A stretch of 64,000 nt of DNA from Felis catus (Eukaryota): the NCBI RefSeq assembly GCF_018350175.1, contig NC_058369.1, positions 15,006,001-15,070,000 of the forward strand, read 5' to 3'. Shown here in pieces: positions 61,701-64,000 of this stretch (within the stretch, counting starts at the first letter, position 1; the number at the start of each line of letters is the position of its first letter). A program made the translations under genes and the position numbers. The notes below the pieces were generated by a model. The model was not told where the DNA came from and searched no databases. It saw nothing but the letters and a program-made list of their open reading frames with translations.

Positions 61701-62305
61701 CTGGGATGTGCCATCATTTATTTAACCAGGCTTCTAATGATGGATGTTTGGGTTGTTTCCAGTCTCCAACCACCAGCACAAGGAGCAAACCATGCTTATC
61801 TAGGGTTTCAAGGCGCTGGTGGGGTACGCCTTCCCCGGGTCCCAGGTTCCTGGTCACGACTCGGGCTGTACTCCCCACACGGGGAGAGACCAGCCAGGAG
61901 GCTGGGAGATGTTAATGCCAGGGGTTCGGCTACACTGGGTTGTGACGGGCTTCCGCAAGACGACCCAGCACCGTTCACAATTTGAAAAACATCTTCTGTG
62001 TTCTGACAAGTTGAGAACTTGCTCCCGACAGGTTTAGCCCAAGGCTGAAGTGCCTGATAAGATTGTCAGCAACTTCTGGGCCAGTTGAGCAATCCTCCAT
62101 CTCTCGGAGAGGATTAAAGGCAGGGGTCCAACTCGGCTTTTGCGGCCTGGCACCCTCCAGCCCAGTCTTGGAGTATGACACCTGCTCACGAGAACAGCTG
62201 CAATCCTCAGAAGCCTCCTGGGGTGTTCACGTTCATGTCTCAGAATAATTGGGCCTGGCATTGAAGTTATAGAAAACTGGTCTGGTCAGTTCCCTGGTTA
62301 ACAGG

Positions 62306-62308
<3 letters not shown>

Positions 62309-62342
<34 letters not shown>
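62309..62342. repeat. (TG)17 microsatellite
   Basis: Direct inspection. Confidence 0.95.
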
Positions 62343-62343
<1 letters not shown>

Positions 62344-64000
62344 ATGCGTGTCTGTGTTCACTTGCAAACAGTTTTTAAAAACTTGTGCTAGTATCATTGA
62401 GGACAACTTCTTGCAGTTTAAAAAAAATGCTTATTTATTTTGAGAGAGAGAGAGAGAGAATGAGTGGGGGAGAGGCAGAGAGAGTGAGAGAGAGAGAGAG
62501 AGAGAGAGAATCCCAAGCAGGCTTTACACTCGACGTTGGCTCGATCTCACAACTGGCTCGAGACCTGAGCCGAAATCAGGTTCCCCAACTAAGCCACCCT
62601 GGTGCCCCAACTTGTTGCAATTTTTAATCCAGCAACTTCTCCCAAGATGTCTTCACACGTGCCCAAAGTCAACGGCACCGGGAGAGTATCCAAAGCACTG
62701 TGTGGTAGCAGAAGCCCGAGAACAATGTCAGTTGTCTCCCACGAGCGACCCAGGGCAGGCTCTGCCCTGGCAGTTTGGTCCAGACTGCCTGCTGCTGCAA
62801 ATCTCCAAGTTCTTCCTGGGCTCGGCTCAAGTTATCGAAGAAAATAGCGATTCTCCTTCACCGAGGAATGCGTTTCAGGCCCGACCTTAGTGCTGAGGGG
62901 TTTACAGCCGTGATTCCATTCGACCCACCCACGAGGTGCTGCGGTGTCCTCGTTTGGAACTGAGGACGCAGTCCTAGGGAGGCTAAGTGACCAGCGCAAG
63001 TTGTCTAGTTAGCAGGTGGTGGAATCAGGACACCCCGAAGCCTCTGATCTTCTGTCACCGAGGGTCAGAAGTATCCGCACTTCACTTAAAACTTCAAGAA
63101 AGCTACGCTGGGGCGCCTGGGTGGCTCCGTCGGTCGAGCGTCCGACTTCGGCTCAGGTCACGATCTCGCGGTTCGTGAGTCCGAGCCCCGCGTCGGGCTC
63201 TGTGCTGACACCTCGGAGCCTGGAGCCTGCTTCCCATTCTGTGTCTCCCTCTCTCTCTCTGCCCCTCCTCCCGCTTGCGCTCTGGCTGTCTCTCTCTTTC
63301 TCAAAAATAAACATTAAAAAAGCAAATTAAAAAAAAAAAGAAAGCTATATCATCTGTGCTTATGGGACAGTTTTCATTTATTCTGGCAAGATGTTTCCAA
63401 ATTTATTACTTACACACCTTCACACGCTGCAGCGAGGTGTTTAATGGCCTCAGGGTCGTGAGCTGTGTGTCCATCCGGCAGGATGGGCAGCTGGTCCAAG
63501 AGGGCGGCCCCTCCCTGGCAAAGTCAGACCAGCGAGGTTTCCAGTGGCACCCTTGTCTTGGGCTCCGCTCGGGAGAGAACTGAGACGTGCATATTATTTT
63601 TTAAGTCCAGTACCCGAAGAAAGAACCTCTAATTTCCTACAAGTTTGTGAAGTGACGGCCAATTCTAATATTCTGTTGTCTCCTCTTGCAAATTCAGCAT
63701 CACTATGTAGAGAAAATCAAACCAAACCAACCCGGTTAGGAGACGGTGGGGCAATGGTGGCTCAAATGGGGAGAACACGTGGGATAACATAGAGTCCTTG
63801 TCACCGTCCTTACTGCTACGGACGAACTGTCCTTTGTACTCTGAGCCACCCCAAGAGGCCGGACCCTTTTGGTGGGGCGTCCTTCCCGTCTTTTCTCCTG
63901 AGCTCCTATGAGATACAGACAGAAGGACAGCAAGCTGACACGAGTCGCCCTGCACACACATGACTTTACTCCCTGCTTCCTTCATTGTATCACAAGCAAG

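Noticed and set aside
479..63330. Dozens of short similar ORFs (MAQSVKRPTSAQVMIS..., ...RGRERGRHRI...)
   Set aside because: These are translations of CanSINE copies on either strand, not a gene family.
1..64000. A novel multi-gene system (operon, defence island or similar)
   Set aside because: The window is explained by one spliced mammalian gene plus interspersed repeats; no second credible coding gene was found.
41509..64000. CDCP1 exon 1 / CpG-island promoter
   Set aside because: No ATG-initiated signal-peptide exon or extended CpG island was found; it presumably lies beyond the window end.

Overview
Mammalian genomic DNA, almost certainly from a felid: it is dense in tRNA-derived CanSINEs of the cat type and carries a carnivore-type L1 3' end. 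The only protein-coding gene I can support is CDCP1 (CUB domain-containing protein 1) on the minus strand. Coding exons 2-9 are present with canonical GT-AG boundaries (41508-41299, 35007-34645, 33078-32710, 23192-22971, 21742-21362, 18988-18623, 16442-16355, 13902-13488). They splice into one open frame of 2414 nt ending in TAA, followed by a ~2.9-kb 3' UTR with AATAAA at 10583-10588. Exon 1 and the promoter were not found and should lie beyond position 64000. The rest is intronic or intergenic sequence filled with CanSINEs, one young 5'-truncated L1, MaLR/ERV1 solo LTRs, L2/MIR relics and DNA-transposon fossils. I see no evidence of a new multi-gene biological system. The most unusual sequence-level signals are: (i) a patchwork templated insertion at 39947-40057 containing a perfect 63-bp inverted copy of unique DNA 2.3 kb away; (ii) a spacer-less fold-back palindrome made of two SINE heads at 26907-27077; (iii) a degenerate 33-bp minisatellite in intron 1; (iv) an unidentified 241-bp insert with 10-bp direct repeats inside a MER3. 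Repeat family names and comparisons with human CDCP1 come from memory of consensus sequences, not from searches.
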